From: an uncultured Carnobacteriaceae bacterium
GTDB taxonomy: Bacteria; Bacillota; Bacilli; Lactobacillales; Carnobacteriaceae_A
Length of the DNA: 64,000 nt
Direction: 5' to 3'
Assembly: GCA_964482685.1 (NCBI GenBank)
Contig: CAYZZA010000001.1
Coordinates: forward strand, 358 to 64,357
In this document: positions 1 to 8,511 of the stretch, piece after piece
How positions within the stretch are numbered: the stretch's first letter is position 1
Layout: each line of letters begins with the position of its first letter
Program-made: the position numbers and the translations under genes
The notes under the pieces: model-generated
What the model saw: only the letters and a program-made list of their open reading frames with translations
What the model was told of the DNA's origin: nothing
Database searches by the model: none

Positions 1-20
1 TTATACCAACGTTTTTTTTT

Positions 21-58
21 AAAAAAGCCAACACTGAGTTAAATCCTGCAGTGTTGGG
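21..58 (-). terminator. Rho-independent terminator downstream of usp (99-557)
   Basis: 9-bp stem CCAACACTG/CAGTGTTGG (28-36 / 49-57). On the minus strand it is followed by a T-run (plus-strand A-run 21-26). Confidence 0.7.
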
Positions 59-98
59 TATTCCATCGATAAAGCACTTGAGTACCTTTTTTTGCGTC

Positions 99-557
99 TT
101 AAATAGAATTATCGGACATGTCTGTCCGAACAATTAATACATCGCATACTGCATTTTGCATCACAAATCCAGATACAGAACCAATCAAGACACGATCAAG
201 TACGTTCAACCCGGTCGCCCCCATCACAATCAAGTCTATCTGTTTGTCGTGTGGAAGCTCTTTTGCAAGTATTTTCTTAGGAGACCCATACTTCAAAATT
301 GTTTCAACATTCTCTAGACCTGTTTCCTGTGCCACCAAGCGATAGTCCTCTAGTAACGCTTTTTCTTTTTTTCTGGTTTGATCTGAAAGAGTTCCATCAA
401 AAGTCTCGAATCCCTTATAGGAACGGGTGTCCACAACATGTGCAATCAAGAGTGTTGCCTGATTTTGTTTTGATAGTGCAATTGCTTTTCGTAGAGCTTT
501 TTGGGCCTCATCAGATCCATCTGTACCTATGAGAATACGTGCATATTCTTGCGTCAT
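99..557 (-). CDS. Universal stress protein (UspA family)
   Basis: 152 aa. Usp-type motifs ILIGTDGS, LLIAHVVD and DLIVMGATGLN...GSVS. SD GGGGAGAA lies upstream of the ATG at 557. Confidence 0.85.
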   Translation of the reverse strand: MTQEYARILIGTDGSDEAQKALRKAIALSKQNQATLLIAHVVDTRSYKGFETFDGTLSDQTRKKEKALLEDYRLVAQETGLENVETILKYGSPKKILAKELPHDKQIDLIVMGATGLNVLDRVLIGSVSGFVMQNAVCDVLIVRTDMSDNSI

Positions 558-619
558 TAAGGTTCTCCCCTTTTCATTAAGAAGTTATTAAGTATACTTT
601 ATCCTATCTAGTCCTTTTT

Positions 620-1201
620 TTAATTCTCTGTAAATTTTGATTTTTCTCTCTTACAGAAACTGCGTTGCCCTTTACTTTTACCTAAAACGTGTGGGGTTTT
701 TCCTTCCGCAACAGCAGCCACCGCTTCATTGTATTGCTCTTGCGTGATGTTGCCCTCTTTCAACTGTTCAGCTAATCTTTCTTTTCTCTGTTCGGTTCGT
801 TCAGCTTGTTGTTCCCCTGTTAAGTGTGATCCCTCCACATTACGGAAATGACCTTCACCGAAGAGTGCGGGTTTTTTCCCTTCCAAGATAGCTGTCAGTG
901 CCTCATCGTGTTGCTCTTGTGTGATGTTGCCCTCTTTTAACTGTTCACCTAATCTTTCTTTTTTCTGTTCGATTCGTTCAGTTTGTTGTTCCTCTGTTAA
1001 GTGTGATCCCTCCATATTATTATGTCCTCTTTGTCCTTTTTTCATTGACCCTCTAGTACGAGTTCCTTCTAGAAAAGTTGTTTGAGATACGGGATTTATC
1101 GCATTGTTTTCAGCTTCTGTGGCGGCAAAAGTGGTCACACCGGTCATGATTAAGCCTCCTAACACCAACATGCTAGAAATAAGTTTAGTCGGTTTTTTCA
1201 T
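620..1201 (-). CDS. Secreted protein made of two 59-aa helical repeats (possibly DUF2680/YckD-like)
   Basis: Start trimmed to MKKPTKL (ATG 1201, SD GGAAGGA). N-terminal signal/TM segment LISSMLVLGGLIMTGVTTFAA. Two near-identical units: EGSHLT(E/G)EQQ.ER.EQ.KERL.EQLKEGNITQEQ. Confidence 0.6.
   Translation of the reverse strand: MKKPTKLISSMLVLGGLIMTGVTTFAATEAENNAINPVSQTTFLEGTRTRGSMKKGQRGHNNMEGSHLTEEQQTERIEQKKERLGEQLKEGNITQEQHDEALTAILEGKKPALFGEGHFRNVEGSHLTGEQQAERTEQRKERLAEQLKEGNITQEQYNEAVAAVAEGKTPHVLGKSKGQRSFCKREKSKFTEN
662..1015. repeat. Tandem 2 x 177-nt intragenic duplication
   Basis: Nucleotide blocks about 662-838 and 839-1015 are near-identical (for example gttgccctcttt(c/t)aactgttca(g/c)ctaatctttctttt). 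They encode the two 59-aa repeats. Confidence 0.8.
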
Positions 1202-1420
1202 CGTTAAACATCCTTCCATTTTTGGTCTACCTAACCCAACATTCATTCTAAAAAAACTTTTGAACTCCTCTCCCTTCTTTTGAGCCTACCTAAACTTTAC
1301 AGTACCTTCTTGAACATACGGTGTTTTCTTTCTGATGTTTAACTGAACTTTATGTGTTTTTTATGTTTTTTGTGTTTTTTATTCCCTTATCTGCTTAGTT
1401 TCTATCATATCAATATATTT

Positions 1421-1663
1421 TTAGGTGCTTTCATCTTCGTTTTTCAATGCATGTTTAGCACCTAACACACTACCCAAAATAGCACCACTTGCTGCGCCTA
1501 CATACGCCATTAACTCATATCCTTCTAAAGGAATATATCTATTGAGATCCAGCCCCCCTAAAAAAGTCCCCCCTATAATTAAGCCAAGGTACCCACCACC
1601 CAGTACCCCTATGACGGACCCTATCGCCCCACCAATACTGCCTTTCAACCATTTTCGCTTCAT
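1421..1663 (-). CDS. Small glycine-zipper membrane protein, function unknown
   Basis: 80 aa from ATG 1663 (SD GAGGAGAGG, 7-nt spacer). Gly-rich hydrophobic segments GSIGGAIGSVIGVLGGGYLGLIIGG and GAASGAILGSVLGA. Confidence 0.5.
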   Translation of the reverse strand: MKRKWLKGSIGGAIGSVIGVLGGGYLGLIIGGTFLGGLDLNRYIPLEGYELMAYVGAASGAILGSVLGAKHALKNEDEST

Positions 1664-1877
1664 TGGCAATCCTCTCCTCTTCTTGTTAAGTATCCACTCA
1701 TCTGTTTACACGTGCTCATTCGTGTTCCTTTTATCAATCTGACAATCTTCAGGACGTACCTTAAAATTAGAAGCTACCTATAATGATCCTATTCTATCTT
1801 TTTTGAGTAAAAAACCTCGCGAGCACATTCATATCTTTGCTCGCGAGGGCTTTATAAACATGTTTTAAGCACCAGAT

Positions 1878-2342
1878 TTAGTCTTTGATAGGGAGATTGT
1901 GTAAATCAGTGCGAACAATCAAAACATCACATAGCGCATGTCTCATCACAAATCCAGAGATAGACCCCAAGAAGGCGCGTTCAATTGCGTTTAGGCCAGT
2001 GGCGCCCATCACAATCAAGTCAATGTTTTCATCCATCGGGATATCTTGTGCAAGCATCTTCTTTGGGGGACCATACTTCAGCAACGTTTTGACCTTCTCT
2101 AAACCAGCTTTCTCTGCAAGCAACCGGTATTCCTCTAATGTCGCTTTGATTTCTTTTCTGATTCTCTCCGGAAGCGTCCCATCAAATGTCGAAAAACCCT
2201 GATACGTGCGGGTGTCTACAACGTGAGCAATCACCAGTGTTGCGTGATTCCGTTTCGCAATTTCCACTGCTTTTTGCATAGCTATTTTTGCTTCCTCAGA
2301 CCCATCAATTCCTACTAAAACACGTGTATATTCTTGTGGCAT
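1878..2342 (-). CDS. Universal stress protein (UspA family), paralogue of 99-557
   Basis: Start trimmed to MPQEYTRVLVGIDGS (ATG 2342, SD GAGGAGAG). Colinear similarity to the first Usp along the whole length. Confidence 0.85.
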   Translation of the reverse strand: MPQEYTRVLVGIDGSEEAKIAMQKAVEIAKRNHATLVIAHVVDTRTYQGFSTFDGTLPERIRKEIKATLEEYRLLAEKAGLEKVKTLLKYGPPKKMLAQDIPMDENIDLIVMGATGLNAIERAFLGSISGFVMRHALCDVLIVRTDLHNLPIKD

Positions 2343-2511
2343 ATATACTCTCTCCTCTTCATTGAGAGGGGGAACCCCTCTTTCCAAATTTAGATAAAAT
2401 TTTTTATGAAAAATATCCTATTGATGATGTCTCTTTGAGTTCAATGCCATTTCTCTCACATTTATTGCATCTTTTTTCAAGAAGCAATACATGTAACAGG
2501 GACATTTTTAT

Positions 2512-2564
2512 AAAAAAAGATTATTAAGTGAAGTCCCATTTGAGAGTTCCGCCTAATAATCTTT
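2512..2564 (-). terminator. Hairpin terminator downstream of the cupin gene
   Basis: 11-bp arms AAAGATTATTA / TAATAATCTTT (2516-2526 / 2554-2564), with a T-run on the minus strand. The loop is long (27 nt). Confidence 0.5.
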
Positions 2565-2581
2565 GGCTCTTACAGTGTGTT

Positions 2582-3007
2582 TTAGTGTTGCTCATTTGGA
2601 TCGTTTTTTGCATCTTCATGCGTCGGGTGCACAGTACCTGCGACATGATCTGGACCTGCATAAATGGTGTACAGCTTTAATGGTTTATCGCCTGTGTTCG
2701 TAATGTTGTGCCACATGTTTGCTGGAACAAAGACCGCATCATCATCTCCTACTTCACGTTCGAAGTTTAAATTGTCTTCTGTAGGTCCCATCTTACATAG
2801 TCCTTTTCCAGCTTCGATACGGATAAACTGGTCGATGCCTTCGTGAACTTCTAGCCCAATGTCATCATCGGGCTCAATGCTCATCACTGTGACTTGTAAT
2901 TTTTCGCCTGTCCAAATCGTTGTACGGTAATTATCGTTGTCTTTAGTTAAGTCTTCAATATTCACGACATGTGGGTTCTTTCCATAATCCTGTTCATCTA
3001 TGTTCAT
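2582..3007 (-). CDS. Cupin domain protein
   Basis: 141 aa. Cupin-like beta-barrel motifs GLEVHEGIDQFIRIEAGKG and VFVPANMWHNITNTG. Confidence 0.65.
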   Translation of the reverse strand: MNIDEQDYGKNPHVVNIEDLTKDNDNYRTTIWTGEKLQVTVMSIEPDDDIGLEVHEGIDQFIRIEAGKGLCKMGPTEDNLNFEREVGDDDAVFVPANMWHNITNTGDKPLKLYTIYAGPDHVAGTVHPTHEDAKNDPNEQH

Positions 3008-3122
3008 CTAAGATACCTCCATTTTTTATGTTCCATCGACCTAGGTGACTCATTCTAAGTCTAGTAGATACTTTCGAATTAGGCAAATAAAAGCACTTAG
3101 TCAATATCTCTAAGACAAATCA

Positions 3123-3130
3123 TGTATAAT
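3123..3130 (+). promoter_or_regulatory. Extended -10 promoter element (TGtTATAAT) for the fetAB-like operon
   Basis: TG at 3123-3124 and TATAAT at 3125-3130, about 20 nt upstream of the SD GGAGGA. The -35 element is poor. Confidence 0.45.
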
Positions 3131-3151
3131 AAGACAAGAGGAGGAACGTAC

Positions 3152-3799
3152 ATGCGCCCTATACTTTTATTAGATCAGGTTTCCTACCAGGTTGCCGACA
3201 AAAAGATTTTAACAGACATCTCTCTTTCAGTGAAACAAGGAGAATTCTTAACAATCAGTGGACCTTCTGGAGGAGGCAAGAGTACCTTGCTTAAAATAAT
3301 CGCCTCTATGGTATCGCCGACTACAGGAGATATTTTCTTCAAAGGAAAACCTCTCGAAGAATACAATGTCACAGACTATCGAAAACAGGTAAGCTATAGT
3401 TTTCAAAATGCCACTTTATTTGGGGAAACCGTTCAAGAGAACATGGCCTTTCCATATGAAGTTAGAGGAAAACAGATTGATCTTGTTCATGTTTCTCGTA
3501 TGCTAGACATGGTCTCTTTGTCTCCTTCTTATTTAGATAAAAAAGTGAGCGCCCTTTCTGGAGGAGAAAAACAACGCATTGCGTTGATTCGAAATCTCCT
3601 TTTTTTGCCCGAAGTGCTGTTGTTAGATGAAGTCACAAGTGCATTGGATACCGAAAATCGTCACATTATTGGACAAGTAATTCATCATTTTAACAGAGAA
3701 AAAGGAACGACTGTTTTATGGGTCACACATAATGAAGAAGAAATCCAACAAGCAGATTCTAAAATTGAACTTGTGGATGGGAAAGTGGTGCGTGTATAA
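3152..3799 (+). CDS. fetA: ABC transporter ATP-binding protein, YbbL/FetA-like
   Basis: Start trimmed to MRPILLL (SD GGAGGA). Walker A GPSGGGKST, signature LSGGEKQR, Walker B LLLDE. Directly abuts the UPF0014 permease gene (TAA then ATG). Confidence 0.7.
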   Translation: MRPILLLDQVSYQVADKKILTDISLSVKQGEFLTISGPSGGGKSTLLKIIASMVSPTTGDIFFKGKPLEEYNVTDYRKQVSYSFQNATLFGETVQENMAFPYEVRGKQIDLVHVSRMLDMVSLSPSYLDKKVSALSGGEKQRIALIRNLLFLPEVLLLDEVTSALDTENRHIIGQVIHHFNREKGTTVLWVTHNEEEIQQADSKIELVDGKVVRV

Positions 3800-4561
3800 A
3801 TGAATGACTTAGCAATATCCAATACATCCTTAATCTTATCTAGTTTGCTTATTTTACTTGCTTTAACCATTGATTACAAAGAACAACTAGGGCTTGGAAA
3901 AGATATCTTTATTGCCGCTATCCGTGCTGTAGTACAATTATTTATTGTTGGATACGTATTAGGGTATATTTTTAACTTAGACAACATTTTGGTCACTTTA
4001 GCGATGGTGTTGTTTATCGTGTTAAATGCTTCTTACAACGCAGGCAAAAGAGCCAACAACATGCCACATGCCTTCCGACATTCCTTGCTGGCTATTGGAA
4101 TAGGCACAACGGTCTCACTTGCTGTATTGCTCTTATCTGGCGCACTTGTTTGGACTCCTTCTCAGATTGTGCCAATCACAGGTATGATCGCTGCCAATGC
4201 CATGACTGCCGTTGGGGTAGGCTACCGAACCATGCACACGAAATATACGGACCAACGCCAACAAGTTCTCGAACGTCTCGCTTTAGGAGCTACCGCAAAA
4301 CAAGCTTCTACGTCCATTATTCGTGAAAGCATTGTAGCCGCAATGGGGCCAACGGTAGATCGTACCAAAACAGTTGGACTAGTCAGTCTTCCGGGTATGA
4401 TGTCTGGATTGATGTTTGCAGGCATCAATCCTGTAGAAGCTATTCGCTACCAAATTGTAGTCATGTTTATGCTCATTGCCGTGACTGGTTTTTCTACAAT
4501 GATCTCCAGCTATCTCTCGTATAAAAGTTACTTTAATGACCACCTACAACTTGTTGTATAA
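3800..4561 (+). CDS. fetB: UPF0014 (YbbM/FetB) family ABC permease, putative iron-export permease
   Basis: 253-aa polytopic membrane protein immediately following the ATPase. Pattern typical of the YbbM family (GYRTM...ERLALGAT...ESI..AM.P). Confidence 0.65.
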   Translation: MNDLAISNTSLILSSLLILLALTIDYKEQLGLGKDIFIAAIRAVVQLFIVGYVLGYIFNLDNILVTLAMVLFIVLNASYNAGKRANNMPHAFRHSLLAIGIGTTVSLAVLLLSGALVWTPSQIVPITGMIAANAMTAVGVGYRTMHTKYTDQRQQVLERLALGATAKQASTSIIRESIVAAMGPTVDRTKTVGLVSLPGMMSGLMFAGINPVEAIRYQIVVMFMLIAVTGFSTMISSYLSYKSYFNDHLQLVV

Positions 4562-4637
4562 ATGGTATTTTCTTATTCTCTTTTCTTAGGAGTATCTTTA
4601 TATTTTTAATACAAAGATTTAAAAAAGAAGTGTTCGT

Positions 4638-4964
4638 ATGAAAAAAAGGATGAAAATGGCGCTCATTGGGGGCGCTATATTAGGAGTCGTGTGTGTGATT
4701 GGTGCTTATGTTCGCTCTAATTTTACAGCTTCTCCTGTATTTGTTTTTTCCTTGTGGTACAACCGTGTCATTCTTGGGTTGATTGTAGGTGCTCCTTGGG
4801 AGAAAACAAACCAAACACACGCCCTGTTACGTGGTGCGGGTGTAGGACTTGCCGTATCCTTTGCCTTTTATAGCACAAGTGGCTTTCAAGACCCCATTAG
4901 TTTCGTTGCTGGGATTGTATATGGCGTGCTACTAGAATTTTGGCTCCATAAAAAGAATCTCTAA
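4638..4964 (+). CDS. Small integral membrane protein, function unknown
   Basis: 108 aa with 3-4 hydrophobic segments. Weak SD. Confidence 0.45.
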   Translation: MKKRMKMALIGGAILGVVCVIGAYVRSNFTASPVFVFSLWYNRVILGLIVGAPWEKTNQTHALLRGAGVGLAVSFAFYSTSGFQDPISFVAGIVYGVLLEFWLHKKNL

Positions 4965-4994
4965 TGCGTGAATAGACATCAAAATAAACCCTAC

Positions 4995-5028
4995 AAAAAA
5001 GAGTGAGACATGTGTCTCACTCTTTTTT
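4995..5028. terminator. Bidirectional terminator between convergent genes
   Basis: GAGTGAGA-catg-TCTCACTC, flanked by A6 (4995-5000) and T6 (5023-5028). Confidence 0.8.
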
Positions 5029-5116
5029 GTATACACTTTACTTTTCTTTCTAGTTATCTCTTCTACTTTCATTTGTTTTGAAGCACGTTGATTTCACTAT
5101 AGCTAAATGAGTATTC

Positions 5117-6916
5117 TCATCTGTCTTCTTCAGCTGTGACCAATGCGTGATCATATACTGTCGAATGAATCGTTTCATGAATAATGTGGTCCTCTCGTAT
5201 ATCTTGCACTTCTTTCCACACCGCTTCTTCTATTTCATATTCTTGTTTCAAGCCTGCGTGTAGCGAATAAATCATTACGAGCAAGATTGCCGCAAAAGGA
5301 AGTCCTGTGATGATCGATGCTGTTTGGAGTGCTGTCAGCCCGCCTCCAATAAGAAGGGTTGCTGCAACAACCCCTTCCATCACAGCCCAAAATACTTTTT
5401 GAGAAGTAGGCGAATCGGTCTTTCCACCAGATGTTAACTGGTCTACCACTAAAGAACCTGAGTCTGATGATGTGACGAAAAAGACGATAACTAAAACAAT
5501 GCCAATAACAGACAAGATGTTGCTTAAAGGAAGGCTATCCACCATTTCAAAAAGGGCAATAGATGCATCTACTTTCACCGCTTCTGCAATACGAGCGAGT
5601 CCATTTAATTCTTGAAAAATCGCTGTTCCTCCAAAAACAGACATCCATAAAAAGGAGACGGCGGATGGAATCAACATCACACCTAAAAGAAATTCACGAA
5701 CTGTTCTTCCTTTTGAAATTCGTGCGATAAACATACCGACAAATGGTGACCAGGAAATCCACCAAGCCCAATAAAAGATTGTCCAGCCACCCTGCCAATT
5801 GCTTGTACCAAACGCTTCTGTCCAAAAACTCATCTGAATAAAGGTAGACATATAAGACCCTAAGTTTTGTGTAAAGCCACTCATTATATAAACCGTTGGT
5901 CCTGCGATAAGAACAAACAACAAAAAAATTCCAGCCAAAATCATGTTGAGTTCACTAAGTCGTTTGACTCCACCGTCTAATCCTAAAATAACAGAAATCG
6001 TAGCCAGTCCTGTAATGCTAAAAATAAGTCCAACTTGAACGGGTGTGCTTATAGGCACACCAAACAAATGATTCAATCCAGCATTGACTTGTGACACCCC
6101 TAATCCAAGAGACGTAGCTAATCCAGTCAATGTAGCTAAAACAGACAAGATATCGATAAGGTTGCCCCAAAATCCGTATATTTTGTTTCCGATAATTGGA
6201 TAAAATATAGAACGAATCGTTAAAGGCAATCCTCGGTTATACGCAAAGAAAGCCAACCCAAGAGCGACCACCGAGTAAATAGCCCACGGATGGATTCCCC
6301 AATGGAAAAAAGTTGTAGTCATGGCCGCTTGAGCTGCTTGAGCCGAACCACTTGCAAGTCCCCCAAACATTGGTGAAGGAGTATTTAAGTGTGAGATTGG
6401 TTCTGCGACACTCCAAAACAAGAGACCAATCCCCATTCCTGCACTCAAGAGCATCGCATACCACGAAAATCTTGAAAATTCAGGTTTTGCCTCTGCTCCA
6501 CCAATTTTTAATGTCCCATATTTACTAAAAGCAAAATAAAGAGCTGCACCCACAAAGATATTTGCAGTCACAATCATAAACCAGCCTGCATTTTTGGTAA
6601 TGCTATCTAAAGTAGAACTAAAAACCGTTTCCGCAGTATTCGGAAACAAAAGTGTTCCAGCAATAAATAGAATTAAAAAAAGCGTTGAGAAAATGGTTAC
6701 CTGAGGATGGATATCAAATCCAAATCCTTTCCAATTTGTTTCTCCTGGTTCTTTTCGCCCTGCTTCATCAAACGTAGGAGCGGTAGCTCCCAGTTTAAGT
6801 CCTTTAAACCGTCGGCGGTTTTTGAATGCCTCAACGCGTGCATCCCGTTCAGCTTGTTTTAACTTCTTAGCCAAGCCTTTTTTTACATCTCGTTCTGTGT
6901 TCTCTTCTTTTGTCAT
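5117..6916 (-). CDS. BCCT family betaine/carnitine/choline transporter
   Basis: Start trimmed to MTKEENT (ATG 6916, SD AAGGAGGAG). BCCT signature WTIFYWAWWISWSPFVGMFIARISKGRT. 12-TM architecture. Confidence 0.9.
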   Translation of the reverse strand: MTKEENTERDVKKGLAKKLKQAERDARVEAFKNRRRFKGLKLGATAPTFDEAGRKEPGETNWKGFGFDIHPQVTIFSTLFLILFIAGTLLFPNTAETVFSSTLDSITKNAGWFMIVTANIFVGAALYFAFSKYGTLKIGGAEAKPEFSRFSWYAMLLSAGMGIGLLFWSVAEPISHLNTPSPMFGGLASGSAQAAQAAMTTTFFHWGIHPWAIYSVVALGLAFFAYNRGLPLTIRSIFYPIIGNKIYGFWGNLIDILSVLATLTGLATSLGLGVSQVNAGLNHLFGVPISTPVQVGLIFSITGLATISVILGLDGGVKRLSELNMILAGIFLLFVLIAGPTVYIMSGFTQNLGSYMSTFIQMSFWTEAFGTSNWQGGWTIFYWAWWISWSPFVGMFIARISKGRTVREFLLGVMLIPSAVSFLWMSVFGGTAIFQELNGLARIAEAVKVDASIALFEMVDSLPLSNILSVIGIVLVIVFFVTSSDSGSLVVDQLTSGGKTDSPTSQKVFWAVMEGVVAATLLIGGGLTALQTASIITGLPFAAILLVMIYSLHAGLKQEYEIEEAVWKEVQDIREDHIIHETIHSTVYDHALVTAEEDR

Positions 6917-7375
6917 ATGCTCCTCCTTATACTTCTGTGTAAGTAATAGAAGCAGTGAATTTGCGTATAAAAAAGTAGAGTCCATAATTCCATTAAAGCC
7001 AATGCTTTTTTAAGAATCAAATCCTATCTTTATCTTTTCAACACTAAAATTGATTAAAAAAGAACGTCCTATCTGCCACACACGTTTACCTTAATAAAAC
7101 CTATATTTTAGTCATCGAATAGGAGACTTCCACTCTTTGACAAGCCGTACTCACTGATCTATTTCCAGTGATTTACTATAACATACACACCCCTACATAG
7201 TAAAATCAGGTTTGGCTTTCTTTTTTTGATGAATGGCAATATTAAGGGCAACACTCAAGTAAATTAAAAGAAACCGATAACGGCCTTGTGTAGTATGAAA
7301 GTTACGACACAACCATTCGACTGGAGGACTCGCCATGAGCTACACACATTTCCATCTCTTACATAAACCACTGTT

Positions 7376-7416
7376 TAAAAAATAGAAACCTCTAGACATT
7401 TACTCATGTCTAGAGG
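7376..7416 (-). terminator. Terminator of the nrd operon
   Basis: 11-bp stem CCTCTAGACAT / ATGTCTAGAGG (7389-7399 / 7406-7416), with a T-rich tail on the minus strand. Confidence 0.75.
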
Positions 7417-7487
7417 TCTCTACAGGGTAAGACTACAAAAAGAACTTTGCTGTCTTCTAAACGGCTCGTGTTAACGAAACGCGCATG

Positions 7488-8495
7488 TTAAAAATCATAG
7501 TCGTCTTCTTCCATGGCCTCGGATTCACCCATTAAATAGCTGTTGCCTACTTGAGAGAAAAAATCATGATTAGACGATTCTGTAGAGATGCCATTCATAA
7601 CAATAGGGTTGACCAACTCTGGTAACCCTTCTTCATAAAATGCGTCAAACCCTAAGTTTTGTAAGGCTTTATTGGCATTATATTGGATGAATGTTTTCAC
7701 ATCCTTTACCCATCCGATTTGTGTGTATATCTCTTCTGTGTACCGTTCTTCATTTTCCATCAGATCAAACAACAGCTCATAGATCCAATCGGTTAATTCG
7801 TTTGCTTCTGTCTCTGATAATTCATTAAAACCTAATTGGAATTTGTACCCTAAATACGTGCCATGTACAGACTCATCTCGAATAATGAGCTTAATAATTT
7901 CTGCTACATTTTCGAGTTTGTTGTTGCCTAAATACCACAGTGGCGCATAGAATCCACTATAAAATAAAAAGGATTCCAAAAAGACACTGGCAGCTTTTTT
8001 CTGTAACGGTGTACCGTTTTGATAAATCTCGTTGATTCGTTGGGCTTTGTATTGAAGCAAGGGATTGGTATTTCCCCAATCAAAAATCGCGTCAATTTCT
8101 TTAGACGTGTTCAATGAAATAAAAATAGTGGAATATGACTTCGCATGAACGGATTCCATAAACAAAATATTATTGAGGACAGCTTCTTCATGTTGTGTGC
8201 GCACATCGTCTCGCATCACGTTGGCTCCTTCTTCGGACTGGAGAGTATCTAGAAGTGTCAATCCAACAAATGCTTTGTTTACAACGTCTTGTTCTTCAGG
8301 AGACAGCATTCTCCAGTCGTTGCGGTCATTGCTGACAGGAATGCGTGTATCCAACCAAAACTGACTTGTAAGCTTTTCCCAGGTTGCTTTGTCTAATGCG
8401 TCTTCAATTCGATTCCAGTCTACCGATTTATAGTACTCGACCGAAAGTGGTGCTGCATGTCCATTTAAAATATCGTTAAAATATTTCTTTTCCAT
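7488..8495 (-). CDS. nrdF: Ribonucleotide reductase class Ib beta subunit
   Basis: 335 aa. Di-metal ferritin-like motifs (MESVHAKSYS, IRDESVHG) and an acidic C-terminal tail EEDDYDF. Last gene of the nrdHIEF order. Confidence 0.93.
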   Translation of the reverse strand: MEKKYFNDILNGHAAPLSVEYYKSVDWNRIEDALDKATWEKLTSQFWLDTRIPVSNDRNDWRMLSPEEQDVVNKAFVGLTLLDTLQSEEGANVMRDDVRTQHEEAVLNNILFMESVHAKSYSTIFISLNTSKEIDAIFDWGNTNPLLQYKAQRINEIYQNGTPLQKKAASVFLESFLFYSGFYAPLWYLGNNKLENVAEIIKLIIRDESVHGTYLGYKFQLGFNELSETEANELTDWIYELLFDLMENEERYTEEIYTQIGWVKDVKTFIQYNANKALQNLGFDAFYEEGLPELVNPIVMNGISTESSNHDFFSQVGNSYLMGESEAMEEDDYDF

Positions 8496-8511
8496 CGTCT
8501 CTTCCCCTCTC

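Noticed and set aside
1351-1385. Three T6 tracts at a 9-bp period (tgtgtttttt a tgtttttt gtgtttttt) upstream of the repeat-protein gene
   Set aside because: They could be a bend or UP-like element. However, the period is 9 bp rather than about 10.5, there are only three units, and this is an AT-rich spacer. That is too weak to call.
3122-3151. N-terminal extensions in the ORF track, for example 3122, 6985, 17958, 29092, 34674, 36149, 37937, 38660, 42988, 42979, 48624, 50203
   Set aside because: The extensions lack an SD, overlap promoters or neighbouring genes, and precede an internal start with a good SD and a family-typical N-terminus. The starts were trimmed accordingly.
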